Shown here one piece after another: positions 30,015-38,904 of a stretch of DNA of 64,000 nucleotides. How positions within the stretch are numbered: the stretch's first letter is position 1; the number at the start of each line of letters is the position of its first letter. The notes under the pieces are model-generated. The model searched no databases and had not been told where the DNA came from. It saw only the letters and a program-made list of their open reading frames with translations. A program made the translations under genes and the position numbers. Location: sequence record PP355766.1; one strand, given 5' to 3'.

Positions 30015-30254
30015 TTATGCGTGCTTGTTGATAGCATTTTCTGCGATACGCTTTGGAAGTTTACCTGCCCAGCGGAAGAACATGATAATCGCTCCAACAA
30101 TAAAAGCAGGGAACCAAAAGATGAGATAAAACCAATACTCTCCTACCTTCTCAATAGTTCCGTTTTTGATTAGATGTTTGCAGACAGACCAACCAACGAT
30201 AAAGTAAATTATTGCAACAACGATTGGCACTACTATGCTCCAAAGTAAAATCAT
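30015..30254 (-). CDS. Small membrane protein
   Basis: Two hydrophobic segments; 79 aa. Confidence 0.7.
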   Translation of the reverse strand: MILLWSIVVPIVVAIIYFIVGWSVCKHLIKNGTIEKVGEYWFYLIFWFPAFIVGAIIMFFRWAGKLPKRIAENAINKHA

Positions 30255-30439
30255 ATTTCAGCCCAGTAAAGTGAGAACCGGAGAGTTTCTCCGGCCCATG
30301 ACATAAAACGATGTACTTGTTTTCGAGTAGGTCGAGCAGAGAACTTAGCATTCTCTCTACGACCAGTCTCTCTGCAAACTGCTTCCAAATACCACCGTCT
30401 ACCTTTATGAGGTCTTCCATAATTCAAGAAGACCTTCAT
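30251..30439 (-). CDS. Basic hypothetical protein
   Basis: MKVFLNYGRPHKGRRWYLEAVC...; likely start 30439. Confidence 0.6.
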   Translation of the reverse strand: MKVFLNYGRPHKGRRWYLEAVCRETGRRENAKFSARPTRKQVHRFMSWAGETLRFSLYWAEI

Positions 30440-30443
30440 TGTA

Positions 30444-31454
30444 TCATTTGTAGTAAGAATTGTGGTTTTCAAGATAAACCTTCTCGACGAAATCGTCCCA
30501 GAATTTCATGTCTACTTTCTTAGGCATTCCATTCTTTTCGGCTTGATGAGCCAGGCGTTCAACTGCGTCCACGGTCGTTTCCAAAATATCCTGAACTTCT
30601 TTGAACGGTAACTCGCCCGCTTTGATTTTCTTAATCAATGGAGCCTGTGTTAGAGGATATTTAAGGTCACCGGTAGAATAGATTTCCTGTAACTGAAGAC
30701 CACCACGAAGAGCATGGCTCAGTGCTTTCCAATCTACGCCTTCGTTAGCTTCTGCCTTACGAGCACGTTCACCATATTCAGCATCAAGCTTCTCAAGAGA
30801 GTACTTCATTTCCTTAACCGTGATAGTTGTCTGGAATTTACGACCTAACACGTTATAGAAATACTGCTGACCTGATTTATGGTCTGTAAAGGTGGTCCAC
30901 TCAAGGAATTCACCTACCGGAAGACGATCGGCGATGTCCTTAACTTTCCAACGCTCGTTAATGCCTTTCTGTTGAGGACGATCGTCATATTTCCACTCAG
31001 GAATATCTCGGATAACATCCAGGACTTTATGCAAATCGGCTAAACGAGAACCCTTAACGCCATACTTACCTGCTTGCTTACGGACATATCCAAGATAAGC
31101 CTTCATGTCAGTGGTATAGAAACGAGCTCGGTTGTCTTGAATGAATTTCCATACTTCAGGAAGGTCAGATGCAACTACCAATTCCGGCGGAGTATGCAGC
31201 ATATCCAACGCTACAGTTTCACCATCAGCAGCGAGCTTGAAGAAATACTTTAAGCTGAACAGCTCATGGTCAATATCGTCTTTGGTATTTTTGGTTGCAC
31301 TGTTATTCGTATTACGATTGGTGTGGTTCATCGCCTGACACATCAGAATATCACGCGGATGAGGAACAAAGATTTCTTTGAAATCCACATCTGATTCAGG
31401 AGTTGAAGTACCATACAGATGCGAACCAAAATAAGATTTTACGATTGTTTTCAT
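30444..31454 (-). CDS. nrdC.11: Pol-beta-type nucleotidyltransferase, NrdC.11-like
   Basis: GSHLYGTSTPESDVDFK motif; 336 aa; C-terminus VYLENH.SYYK as in T4 NrdC.11. Confidence 0.88.
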   Translation of the reverse strand: MKTIVKSYFGSHLYGTSTPESDVDFKEIFVPHPRDILMCQAMNHTNRNTNNSATKNTKDDIDHELFSLKYFFKLAADGETVALDMLHTPPELVVASDLPEVWKFIQDNRARFYTTDMKAYLGYVRKQAGKYGVKGSRLADLHKVLDVIRDIPEWKYDDRPQQKGINERWKVKDIADRLPVGEFLEWTTFTDHKSGQQYFYNVLGRKFQTTITVKEMKYSLEKLDAEYGERARKAEANEGVDWKALSHALRGGLQLQEIYSTGDLKYPLTQAPLIKKIKAGELPFKEVQDILETTVDAVERLAHQAEKNGMPKKVDMKFWDDFVEKVYLENHNSYYK

Positions 31455-31873
31455 AAGTAAATATGATTCCCTTTAGCGAATTTAACTAATGCATTAGAAC
31501 GCTTGGCTGCTTCTTCTGCTCGAGTTTTATCTGTAGTTCTTTTTGATGTACGGTAAACATTACCAATTTTTTGACTGGTGTAATAATACACTACCTCATG
31601 AGTATGATACTCTTGTCCATCAGGATGCTGCTCACGACAAGTTTCTTCACGTAATGTTGTTTCATACATAGGAACTAATGCCCAATCAATTCCTGTGCTA
31701 ATGATTGCCACCTGAATGTCAAGTCTGTTCCAGCGAAATGCATTGATATATCCTAGGACCCGTGATTCTGGGTCCATCATTGCGAATTTAATGTTTTCGG
31801 CTGAAGCTAGCGGCATTTGTTTTACAATACTCATACTAAGTTTTTTCTTAGTAGTTACGATTTCAATTTCCAT
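31451..31873 (-). CDS. Hypothetical protein
   Basis: 140 aa; coupled. Confidence 0.7.
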   Translation of the reverse strand: MEIEIVTTKKKLSMSIVKQMPLASAENIKFAMMDPESRVLGYINAFRWNRLDIQVAIISTGIDWALVPMYETTLREETCREQHPDGQEYHTHEVVYYYTSQKIGNVYRTSKRTTDKTRAEEAAKRSNALVKFAKGNHIYL

Positions 31874-32085
31874 ACCCCGCCTTCATAATATATGTCTAAA
31901 TCAATATTATCTTTGCCGCTGTACTTGCCAGTCAAAGGAATAAATTTAACAGTAATCTTTTCGCCGTCATCAAAAGTAAATTCAGCAATAGGATATGTAG
32001 AAATTATACCACGTTCGGTTTTAGCACGAAAGACGGCCCGAAGGCCGTTCACGATATAAACTTGATCATTCTTCACTGGGTTCAC
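31855..32085 (-). CDS. Hypothetical protein
   Basis: 76 aa; short overlaps with its neighbours. Confidence 0.6.
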   Translation of the reverse strand: MNPVKNDQVYIVNGLRAVFRAKTERGIISTYPIAEFTFDDGEKITVKFIPLTGKYSGKDNIDLDIYYEGGVWKLKS

Positions 32086-32647
32086 CTACTGTAACATCAA
32101 GCATAGATTTAACGAGCGAGATGTCATTTGTACTAAACACGTGAGCTTTTCCTTTATCGTTCTGGCAAAACATGCTTCCATCTGCTGCAATTGCTAGTAC
32201 TTCATAGCAGTTATTAGTTGTAGAGAATTTATCGCCCACTACAAGAGGAACATTAACTTTGCACTTCTCATAAACTGTGTATTTAAGGCTGCTAAGATTA
32301 ACTACCGATTTAGAACTACCCGGTAAAAGTTTGCAGATATAAAATCCATCGTCCGCTGATTCATTTAGGTAATCATCGATATACATTCCACGGTAGCCGT
32401 CTTTTGGATATACTACAGTAGTTGTTTCTCGGCTGCTATGGTCGTAATATACTACGATTTTGTTGTCTTTACTTTTAAAGAAAATCGATACCGTATGCGC
32501 TGAGCTGCATTTGAAGGTAGAAATAAATTCAACTTCAAGCTCAAATCGATTGCTTTGGTTATCAAACCCAATTTCTACTTTATCACCTACCTTTAACGGC
32601 TTTTCAACAAGGCTTTCTTCAAATTTCGTGCGAATAAAACGTTTCAT
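32066..32647 (-). CDS. Hypothetical protein
   Basis: 193 aa; coupled. Confidence 0.7.
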   Translation of the reverse strand: MKRFIRTKFEESLVEKPLKVGDKVEIGFDNQSNRFELEVEFISTFKCSSAHTVSIFFKSKDNKIVVYYDHSSRETTTVVYPKDGYRGMYIDDYLNESADDGFYICKLLPGSSKSVVNLSSLKYTVYEKCKVNVPLVVGDKFSTTNNCYEVLAIAADGSMFCQNDKGKAHVFSTNDISLVKSMLDVTVGEPSEE

Positions 32648-33135
32648 TTATCACCTTCTACATAATCAATCATTGGGCAGACTTTCTGCTTACGAGCTTT
32701 TAAATACTGGACGAATACCGACGGTTCGGCATCTGCCGGAAGACCAGCTTTTACCCGAGCGAGTTTCTTGGTATACTTTTTCTGGATACGGTAATGTTTA
32801 AATTTTTCTAAACCAAAAATAAATCCAAAAGCTATAGCTGCAAACAAAAGCACAAATGCTGCTATAACCGCTGCGCCAACTGGTACTGCTATAACATTTA
32901 ACCAAAACGCGGATAAACTAATACCCATCCAAGCGAGAATTCCTGTCTCTGCCACAATCGGCCAACCGAACATCCATGCAACAGAACCGATGAATGTAAT
33001 AATCGCCGAAGAAAACACAACATGAAGAACTGTTGTCCAGAAGTATCCACATAGAGTTTTTGGCATTTTCCACATGTTGTCAGATTTAAACCACAGGTTC
33101 ATTTTGAAATGCCAAGAGTTTTTATTGATGTTCAT
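32644..33135 (-). CDS. Membrane protein
   Basis: MNINKNSWH...TLCGYFW, then 2-3 transmembrane segments, C-terminal K..VCPMIDY. Confidence 0.75.
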   Translation of the reverse strand: MNINKNSWHFKMNLWFKSDNMWKMPKTLCGYFWTTVLHVVFSSAIITFIGSVAWMFGWPIVAETGILAWMGISLSAFWLNVIAVPVGAAVIAAFVLLFAAIAFGFIFGLEKFKHYRIQKKYTKKLARVKAGLPADAEPSVFVQYLKARKQKVCPMIDYVEGDK

Positions 33136-33137
33136 TA

Positions 33138-33359
33138 TCAGTCCTTCATAGTTGGAATCATAGTTACAAGATATTTTACGAGCTGTTCTGCATCGGATTT
33201 ATCAATCATTAAAATAGTGCTATTACGCTCAATTTCAATGAGTGTAGAACCGTATAACTCTACCGGGGTAAGATGCAAATCATTAATGTATGGACTTTCG
33301 TCCTCAATTACTGCATCACCTTTACGGGATTTTCCGTCCCATACTAATTTACTCGCCAT
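33138..33359 (-). CDS. Hypothetical protein
   Basis: 73 aa; coupled. Confidence 0.65.
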   Translation of the reverse strand: MASKLVWDGKSRKGDAVIEDESPYINDLHLTPVELYGSTLIEIERNSTILMIDKSDAEQLVKYLVTMIPTMKD

Positions 33360-33540
33360 CTTTTGCCTCTATCAAGAATTGAATTAATGAATCAATTTGT
33401 TTAGTGTCAAGATGAATTATATCATTGCCTTGTTTTAGCACGATACGACTCAACTTTTTAGTGAAATACGAATTCACAACCTTTACATGCACATCGCTGT
33501 ACGGATTATCTAAATTGGTACTATCAAGAATACTTTCCAT
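33349..33540 (-). CDS. Hypothetical protein
   Basis: 63 aa; coupled. Confidence 0.65.
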   Translation of the reverse strand: MESILDSTNLDNPYSDVHVKVVNSYFTKKLSRIVLKQGNDIIHLDTKQIDSLIQFLIEAKDGE

Positions 33541-33542
33541 AA

Positions 33543-33809
33543 TTACCTCAATTGTGAATCTTTTGAACCACGGCGATTATATGCAGAAGTCATTACACTG
33601 TCCCACTTTCCTTGACATTCTACACACCGTTGACAGCCTTTAACCAACAGACGACGAGCTACTGGGATTTCCTCATCACAATCAACACAAAACTCTTCGG
33701 ATTCCAGCTGTTCTTGGAGTTGTTTCTGAAGACGGGCCCATTCAATCCCGTCCGCTATTGTAGCTTCACGAGTTGCAAATCCGTCATCTGATGGGCCCCA
33801 TCCGTTCAT
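33543..33809 (-). CDS. TraR/DksA C4-type zinc-finger protein
   Basis: CVDCDEEIPVARRLLVKGCQRCVECQ, the TraR/DksA C4 pattern, after an N-terminal helical part. Confidence 0.85.
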   Translation of the reverse strand: MNGWGPSDDGFATREATIADGIEWARLQKQLQEQLESEEFCVDCDEEIPVARRLLVKGCQRCVECQGKWDSVMTSAYNRRGSKDSQLR

Positions 33810-33864
33810 TTCAAACTCTCCAGAATCATTTGCACCAAATTATATGTAAACATCGGATGCTGGT

Positions 33865-33894
33865 ATTGTACCACAATGTAGATGATAAGTAAAA
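33865..33894 (-). promoter_or_regulatory. Early promoter
   Basis: TTTTAC-18 nt-TACAAT with extended TGTGG. Confidence 0.7.
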
Positions 33895-33900
33895 CGTTTC

Positions 33901-34389
33901 TCATTCTTCGCCATCATCAAAGTCGTAGTAGTCGTAATCACAGGAATCAAGATAAGAATCCGCAAATTCTTTCTGTCGACGAAAATCCTCAATAGGAGTC
34001 AGTCTGTCTGCATACGCTTGGTCATCTGGGTCACTGAACTTGTCTTCTTGCAGTTCTTTAATGAACTGTTCAGCTTCTTCACGCGTCCAAAACCCACGAT
34101 TAAGATTATGAACCGAACGTTTTTCACCTGGCTTGAATACGCCCATATCATGGGCAGAACGCTCAGTTGAATAACTTTCAGTTTGGCCAGCATAGTTTTC
34201 ATATTCACAAATCACTTGGAAGAAAGGAGATTTACGTGAATATACACCACGAAGACCAAGTTCTACATCATATGTGCCTGAAGCAACAATGTAACGTGTT
34301 ATTTCGCCGCTTTTAGTTTCTGTGCGATTAACACCACACACGTGATAAAAGATTTTTCCAGGTTGAAGCTCGGTAGTTAACTTAATCAT
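33901..34389 (-). CDS. Hypothetical early protein
   Basis: 162 aa with an acidic tail; downstream of a promoter. Confidence 0.75.
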   Translation of the reverse strand: MIKLTTELQPGKIFYHVCGVNRTETKSGEITRYIVASGTYDVELGLRGVYSRKSPFFQVICEYENYAGQTESYSTERSAHDMGVFKPGEKRSVHNLNRGFWTREEAEQFIKELQEDKFSDPDDQAYADRLTPIEDFRRQKEFADSYLDSCDYDYYDFDDGEE

Positions 34390-34421
34390 AATGTTTTTCT
34401 CGTTTGGTTGTTGATATGTCT

Positions 34422-34450
34422 ATAGTATCATGTAATGAAGGGAAGTAAAC
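34422..34450 (-). promoter_or_regulatory. Early promoter
   Basis: GTTTAC-17 nt-TACTAT. Confidence 0.8.
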
Positions 34451-34469
34451 AACTTTTTGAAAAGAAAAT

Positions 34470-34485
34470 GCCTCCCGAAGGAGGC
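34470..34485 (-). terminator. Terminator
   Basis: GCCTCC-TTCG-GGAGGC, then a T-rich tail on the minus strand. Confidence 0.8.
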
Positions 34486-34493
34486 GGAGGGTA

Positions 34494-34880
34494 TTACTGT
34501 AATGATAACAAATACTTAGTCTTGTAGCATAGACCTGTAATGTCATCCAGAACACTTTGGAGGGCGGCAGGAACTGACTTGTAGATACCATCGGCCTTAG
34601 CCAGAATGAGGTCTAGCATTTCAATGGTGTCCTTTGGCAGCTCTTTCTGTGATGGTAAAGCCGGTGTATAACTCTTACCTGAGAATCCTAACCACTGCTC
34701 ACCAAAAGCATCTATCAAATCTGGAATCTCGTTAAAGAAAACTTCGTACGCTTTATGTCTGGCATACGATTTGGTATCAAAATGCGCTGAATGAAAATAC
34801 GCCTGAGACGCCATAAGTAAACCGATGAATTCATCTTGCGGAGTAAGTTTACCGTCCTTTACAAAATCATTGAACTTCAT
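34494..34880 (-). CDS. rI.-1-like ferritin/Dps-like four-helix protein
   Basis: GLLMASQAYFHSAHF.TKSYARHKAY...LIDAFGEQ resembles T4 rI.-1; 128 aa. Confidence 0.8.
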   Translation of the reverse strand: MKFNDFVKDGKLTPQDEFIGLLMASQAYFHSAHFDTKSYARHKAYEVFFNEIPDLIDAFGEQWLGFSGKSYTPALPSQKELPKDTIEMLDLILAKADGIYKSVPAALQSVLDDITGLCYKTKYLLSLQ

Positions 34881-35154
34881 TATCGAGTTGTATCCTCATG
34901 CGGTTAGCATATTCTTCACCTGCTGAACGTCCTAAAGAATCACAATCTTTAGAACAAGACTCGCTCTTCCATTTACTTTGTATGAAAGAATAGAACTGTT
35001 CAGACTCTTGCTTACTAGGCTCCTTAAATTTAGCATAAACTTGTAGAGCTCCCTCAACATACGAGTTATAATCCGAAATGTCGTCGTGTGATGCAGCTGG
35101 GAATGAAATCCCGCAGCCCAACACCAGGGCTAAGCAAATGTGATTAAAGGCCAT
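34867..35154 (-). CDS. rI: Antiholin RI (lysis inhibition)
   Basis: N-terminal signal/SAR segment, ESEQFYSF motif, two C-terminal Cys; 95 aa. Confidence 0.85.
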   Translation of the reverse strand: MAFNHICLALVLGCGISFPAASHDDISDYNSYVEGALQVYAKFKEPSKQESEQFYSFIQSKWKSESCSKDCDSLGRSAGEEYANRMRIQLDNEVQ

Positions 35155-35165
35155 ACGGCCTCCTA

Positions 35166-35210
35166 TTATTTTTGTCCAGTATTACGTTTGTGCTGAAGTA
35201 CAGCCTTAAC
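35166..35210 (-). pseudogene. rI.1: C-terminal remnant of rI.1
   Basis: VKAVLQHKRNTGQK* resembles the T4 rI.1 end (KVKAVHRHKVNTGQK); correct position before rI. Confidence 0.7.
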
Positions 35211-35543
35211 TACGACTACCCGAACTTCAGGTTTAATGTTCTCTATGAGCTTCTTATAGTTATCAATCGCTGCTTCTGGAGCGTTGACAGCAGGTACTGA
35301 GTTAATGATAAGAATGTCACATGCGTTAAGCAGAGATAAAGTCTTATCGTAGTCATCTGCAAGAGACACAGGAATAGTTACATCTTTGTAGTTATGCGCT
35401 CTATTACGTGTAAACGCTTTATCTTTAGCGTAAATGATATTTACTTCATGGCCATGTTTTACTAACCACTCGCGGTGCTCGAGACTGAACTTGGTTACGC
35501 CGCATCCCTCAAGTCCGCGAGCCATTAAAATATTAATCTTCAT
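35211..35543 (-). pseudogene. a-gt: DNA alpha-glucosyltransferase, N-terminal ~111 aa
   Basis: MKINILMARGLEGCGVTKFSLE...CDILIINSVPA...RVVV matches T4 a-gt; cut before YQHDH. Confidence 0.9.
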
Positions 35544-35599
35544 ATGTTGACCTTTGTTGTTAATTTTGAATATTTTACCATTCCCGTAATAAAGCAAAA

Positions 35600-35611
35600 G
35601 GGCCGAAGCCC
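35600..35611 (-). terminator. Short UUCG hairpin
   Basis: AAAGGGC-TTCG-GCCCTTT on the minus strand. Confidence 0.7.
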
Positions 35612-35612
35612 T

Positions 35613-35879
35613 TTAAATTTTCTTGTATACAACATAACCCGCCGCTTCACATATACGCTTAGCTTCTTCAAAGCGTCTAAGCATATCTACCTTGGCATTA
35701 TGAATTGCTTCATAATCGGGAGCAGGTGCTTCTCTCCGAGCAGTATCACATTTATAACAGAAGTAACTACGCTTTGGTCCTGTATAACGTTCTGAACAAT
35801 TACTGCACCGGCATGTATAATTTCCTTCCGGCCAATCATGCCCAGGGTTAGAACCCATCAAATTCGTCATACATCCCAA
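35613..35879 (-). CDS. Cys-rich hypothetical protein
   Basis: CRCSNC...CYKC; 88 aa. Confidence 0.65.
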   Translation of the reverse strand: MGCMTNLMGSNPGHDWPEGNYTCRCSNCSERYTGPKRSYFCYKCDTARREAPAPDYEAIHNAKVDMLRRFEEAKRICEAAGYVVYKKI

Positions 35880-35943
35880 TTCTCTTCACTAGTAATAAAA
35901 TCAGGGTGTTCATCTAAATCAATGAATCCCCAGTTCTCTTCGT

Positions 35944-36141
35944 TTACCATTCATACCACCGTTTAACCTGGAAGGTGTCAACCCAGACAAGAGAGTTCTT
36001 ATCAATTAGCTTACATCCTTCGGTAGAGCCTAACACGCGATATTGATTATCTGCTACCTTTACTGCCATCGTACCAGTCGCAGTGTTTAAAGTAAATCCT
36101 GCGTCTTTACGAACACGTTTAAATTTTACTTGTACCAGCAT
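35944..36141 (-). CDS. a-gt.3-like hypothetical protein
   Basis: FKRVRK.AGFTL.TA.GTM...WVDTFQVKRW; position in the 55 to a-gt cluster. Confidence 0.6.
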   Translation of the reverse strand: MLVQVKFKRVRKDAGFTLNTATGTMAVKVADNQYRVLGSTEGCKLIDKNSLVWVDTFQVKRWYEW

Positions 36142-36421
36142 TTAGAATGTCCCAAACAGATTTACGAGAGGTATTCCAGCAAGTCAGAATAATCTCATCA
36201 TTAAAAGGTTGTTTTAAAATAGTACGCAGTTTTTCAATAGCATACTTGTAAGCAGGGAAATTGTTGTCTAATACCGCGTCTCCAGCATGAGCTTTTAATC
36301 GCTCAATTTCACGACGGTTTTTACGAACAATTTTGTTGGCTCGAGCAATAGCTTGTTCTTCTGCCGCTTCCATTAGTTTCTGCTGCAGTTCGTCGCGCTC
36401 TTCCTGGGTAATATTGTTCAT
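36119..36421 (-). CDS. a-gt.4: a-gt.4-like hypothetical protein
   Basis: KIVRKNRREIERL...NNF.AYKYAI.K...ILKQPFNDE resembles T4 a-gt.4. Confidence 0.75.
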   Translation of the reverse strand: MNNITQEERDELQQKLMEAAEEQAIARANKIVRKNRREIERLKAHAGDAVLDNNFPAYKYAIEKLRTILKQPFNDEIILTCWNTSRKSVWDILNAGTSKI

Positions 36422-36422
36422 G

Positions 36423-36653
36423 TTATTCCTTTGGATGGTAATTTATTTCAAATGTGAATTCAGTATCAGTCCAATTATAACTGTGTTCAATTATAGCAGA
36501 ATCTGATCTGAAATCAGCGTCGTGTGGATTTTTCGGGTCAATGTGAATATCAAGGTCAAGCACCTCCCTTAAATACATCTTTAGCAAATAAGGGATAGCG
36601 TCTAGGTCTTGCACATCTTCTAAAAACCCGTCGAGGTTAATCTTCAGCCTCAT
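36423..36653 (-). CDS. a-gt.5-like hypothetical protein
   Basis: [14 protein letters not shown]...; directly after gp55; likely start 36653. Confidence 0.6.
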   Translation of the reverse strand: MRLKINLDGFLEDVQDLDAIPYLLKMYLREVLDLDIHIDPKNPHDADFRSDSAIIEHSYNWTDTEFTFEINYHPKE

Positions 36654-37185
36654 ATAAAAATTCCAGATTAGGTCCATCGCTTGTAGGTTCGCTCTTTTTA
36701 GCAGACCCTGGCGCCTTATAAGCGGTGGATTCATACTGCGTCATTTTATCGTAGATGTCCTGAATAAAGGTTTCATCTGCTAACGCAACCATGTCATCGT
36801 CCCGTGAATCATACACGTTGTGGACAAAATAGCTGTATTTCTTTGCCATTTCTTTGCGTTCTTTTTTGATACGCTGAACGAATGCATTGAAACAAGCTTG
36901 GGTTATATACGCATGCGGGTTATCATACTTAGTTTCATCGAAGTTGATTAAGCCTTTAATTGCGGCTTCAATCCCGTCTGAAATCATTTCTTGCTTCCAG
37001 GATTGGGTGTATCCTGAAAAGTTGAAACGCTTACTCAGACCTTCCGCGATCAGCATAATAGCAAGGCCGATCGTATCGTTCTGTTTTACTACTCGAGGGC
37101 CGCCAGCAGCTTCAGACTCCCGACACTTCTCTTTCCATGCACAGATTGATTTATACAGTTCCTTGTTATTTACATAATTACTCAT
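36637..37185 (-). CDS. 55: Late sigma factor gp55
   Basis: [57 protein letters not shown]; true start 37185. Confidence 0.96.
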   Translation of the reverse strand: MSNYVNNKELYKSICAWKEKCRESEAAGGPRVVKQNDTIGLAIMLIAEGLSKRFNFSGYTQSWKQEMISDGIEAAIKGLINFDETKYDNPHAYITQACFNAFVQRIKKERKEMAKKYSYFVHNVYDSRDDDMVALADETFIQDIYDKMTQYESTAYKAPGSAKKSEPTSDGPNLEFLYEAED

Positions 37186-37215
37186 ATTGCCTCTTCGCTT
37201 CAATTAATAATATCT

Positions 37216-37239
37216 ATTATAACAAATTTGGGAAGCGAG
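37216..37239 (-). promoter_or_regulatory. Middle promoter for gp55
   Basis: TCGCTTCC MotA-like box, then TATAAT. Confidence 0.6.
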
Positions 37240-37251
37240 AGGATTAAAGCA

Positions 37252-37497
37252 TTACTTAATCAATTCAGCGCATGCAATTAATTTCATCATGATACGATAA
37301 AAATCATTATATTCAAATCCAGGTGGAACTTCAATTACGCATTCAAAATCTTCAAACACACGTTCCATTCCATAGTCAGCGATACTGTCGGTTTCAGCAT
37401 ACCAGTACGTTCCATCTTGTGCAAAAGTTATTTGGCTATTTTCAAGACAGAACACACCTTTAATATTTTCATGGGTAAGAGTCAATTGAATTTTCAT
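37252..37497 (-). CDS. Hypothetical protein (55.x region)
   Basis: 81 aa; coupled. Confidence 0.65.
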   Translation of the reverse strand: MKIQLTLTHENIKGVFCLENSQITFAQDGTYWYAETDSIADYGMERVFEDFECVIEVPPGFEYNDFYRIMMKLIACAELIK

Positions 37498-37772
37498 AGT
37501 TCACCCTTCATGATACGATAGCATTGGAACAGCTGTTCCATGATACGTTTGAACTCGACCAAACTAAGTTCAAACCACTCAGATTCATCTACTTCATGCA
37601 TCATTTCCATGAATGAAGAGTATAAACTTTCATAATGAGTTTCATTTAACATAGAGGCATGCGTTTCCCAATACATGCCCTCTTCATTGTCAAACCAAAC
37701 ACCCATATAAGAATCTATAGTAAATCCGCCAATGCCTTCTACTACAATCATAATTTGGTTTACTTTAGCCAT
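37494..37772 (-). CDS. Hypothetical protein (55.x region)
   Basis: 92 aa; coupled. Confidence 0.65.
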   Translation of the reverse strand: MAKVNQIMIVVEGIGGFTIDSYMGVWFDNEEGMYWETHASMLNETHYESLYSSFMEMMHEVDESEWFELSLVEFKRIMEQLFQCYRIMKGEL

Positions 37773-37984
37773 GCTTTCACCGAGTCAATAGCATCTTCAA
37801 ATTTAGAGAAAGCATCCACGGATGTGTATTCATTCTCTCCAGAGCGTTCATAAATCCAAAACGCGTCAAAATCTTCTTCAATGATGAATTCACCGTTAGG
37901 AGTTTCAATCGTATTTCTGCCGTCAGGCGTTTTAGATATGAACCATCCAAGAAAACCAACTTCTGCAATCTGTTCTTCAGTCAT
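37760..37984 (-). CDS. Hypothetical protein (55.x region)
   Basis: 74 aa, acidic; coupled. Confidence 0.65.
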   Translation of the reverse strand: MTEEQIAEVGFLGWFISKTPDGRNTIETPNGEFIIEEDFDAFWIYERSGENEYTSVDAFSKFEDAIDSVKAWLK

Positions 37985-38264
37985 TTAAAATTTCCACCAA
38001 TTGATTATAGTTTAATGCTTTTCCAGAAGAAATCATAACATTACAAAATCTGTATAATGCTTCTTTTGATACTTTATACACGTAATCGGAAGTTGTTACA
38101 ATGTATGAAATACGTACAAATGTTGGGGATTTTTCTGCTAATTCATATGCCAGTTTTCTAGCTCTGCCAATGTCATCAGCAAACTTGGTATCAGCAAGCA
38201 AAATACTATCAAATACCCAACGGTTAGTAAAAATTTCTGTGTATAGAATAACCTTACGCATCAA
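37977..38264 (-). CDS. Hypothetical protein (55.x region)
   Basis: 95 aa; coupled. Confidence 0.6.
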   Translation of the reverse strand: MMRKVILYTEIFTNRWVFDSILLADTKFADDIGRARKLAYELAEKSPTFVRISYIVTTSDYVYKVSKEALYRFCNVMISSGKALNYNQLVEILND

Positions 38265-38511
38265 GATACTCTCGCAGTTCCTGCTCGTTTAACCCTTCTT
38301 GCCACATCTCTGACGGAGACGGAAGTTGGCTGTCTAGAGTGGATGAATCAATTGGAAATACTCTGATAATTACGCTAGTATCTTCATCCCATTGATTTGC
38401 GAGTATCCGTTTAGCTTGACTAATATCAGGCTCAGAATGAGCCCGGATATACTTAATCCTTCTATGCCATACACCGGTAGGAATAGATGCGCATACGATA
38501 TATGAAATCAT
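38254..38511 (-). CDS. Hypothetical protein (55.x region)
   Basis: 85 aa; coupled. Confidence 0.65.
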   Translation of the reverse strand: MISYIVCASIPTGVWHRRIKYIRAHSEPDISQAKRILANQWDEDTSVIIRVFPIDSSTLDSQLPSPSEMWQEGLNEQELREYLDA

Positions 38512-38840
38512 TTTGCCGCCTTAACCGCTTTAACATCGCGGAAGCCTTTCTTACGTTGATTCTTCATCTTACGAATAGTGCTTTCAGAAATTTCACCAAT
38601 ACCCGGGGTGATTGGTTCTACACCGAAGGCTTTGATGCCAAATTCAGACAGAAGATAAGCAACCACTAATTCACGGATGCGGGCTTTACCAATTTTTTGG
38701 CCTTCTTCTTTCATCGTACCGTGAAGCTCAACTTCCCACTGATCAAGCAAAGACGGAGTTATACAACGTCCTTCTTCCAGCATTGCAGATACTTTATCGT
38801 AAGCAAAAGAGTTCAGTACGTTTTTGATTGCTTGGGACAT
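38508..38840 (-). CDS. 55.2: 55.2-like protein
   Basis: MSQAIKN.LN.FAY...GTMKE.GQKIGKARIRELVVAY...IRKMKNQRKKGF. Confidence 0.8.
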   Translation of the reverse strand: MSQAIKNVLNSFAYDKVSAMLEEGRCITPSLLDQWEVELHGTMKEEGQKIGKARIRELVVAYLLSEFGIKAFGVEPITPGIGEISESTIRKMKNQRKKGFRDVKAVKAAK

Positions 38841-38904
38841 ATTAATTTCCTCAGTAACGATTGTTTTGACAGAGGAGATTTTAAATCAAATCTCCTGTAG
38901 CAAA

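Noticed and set aside
29698-30129. 143-aa ORF as a short RNase H
   Set aside because: Only about 66 codons are RNase H; the rest is antisense promoter, terminator and membrane-gene sequence from the next block.
32033-32047. UUCG-type hairpins inside coding sequence (also 24281-24298)
   Set aside because: No U-tract, and they lie within coupled ORFs; not called as terminators.
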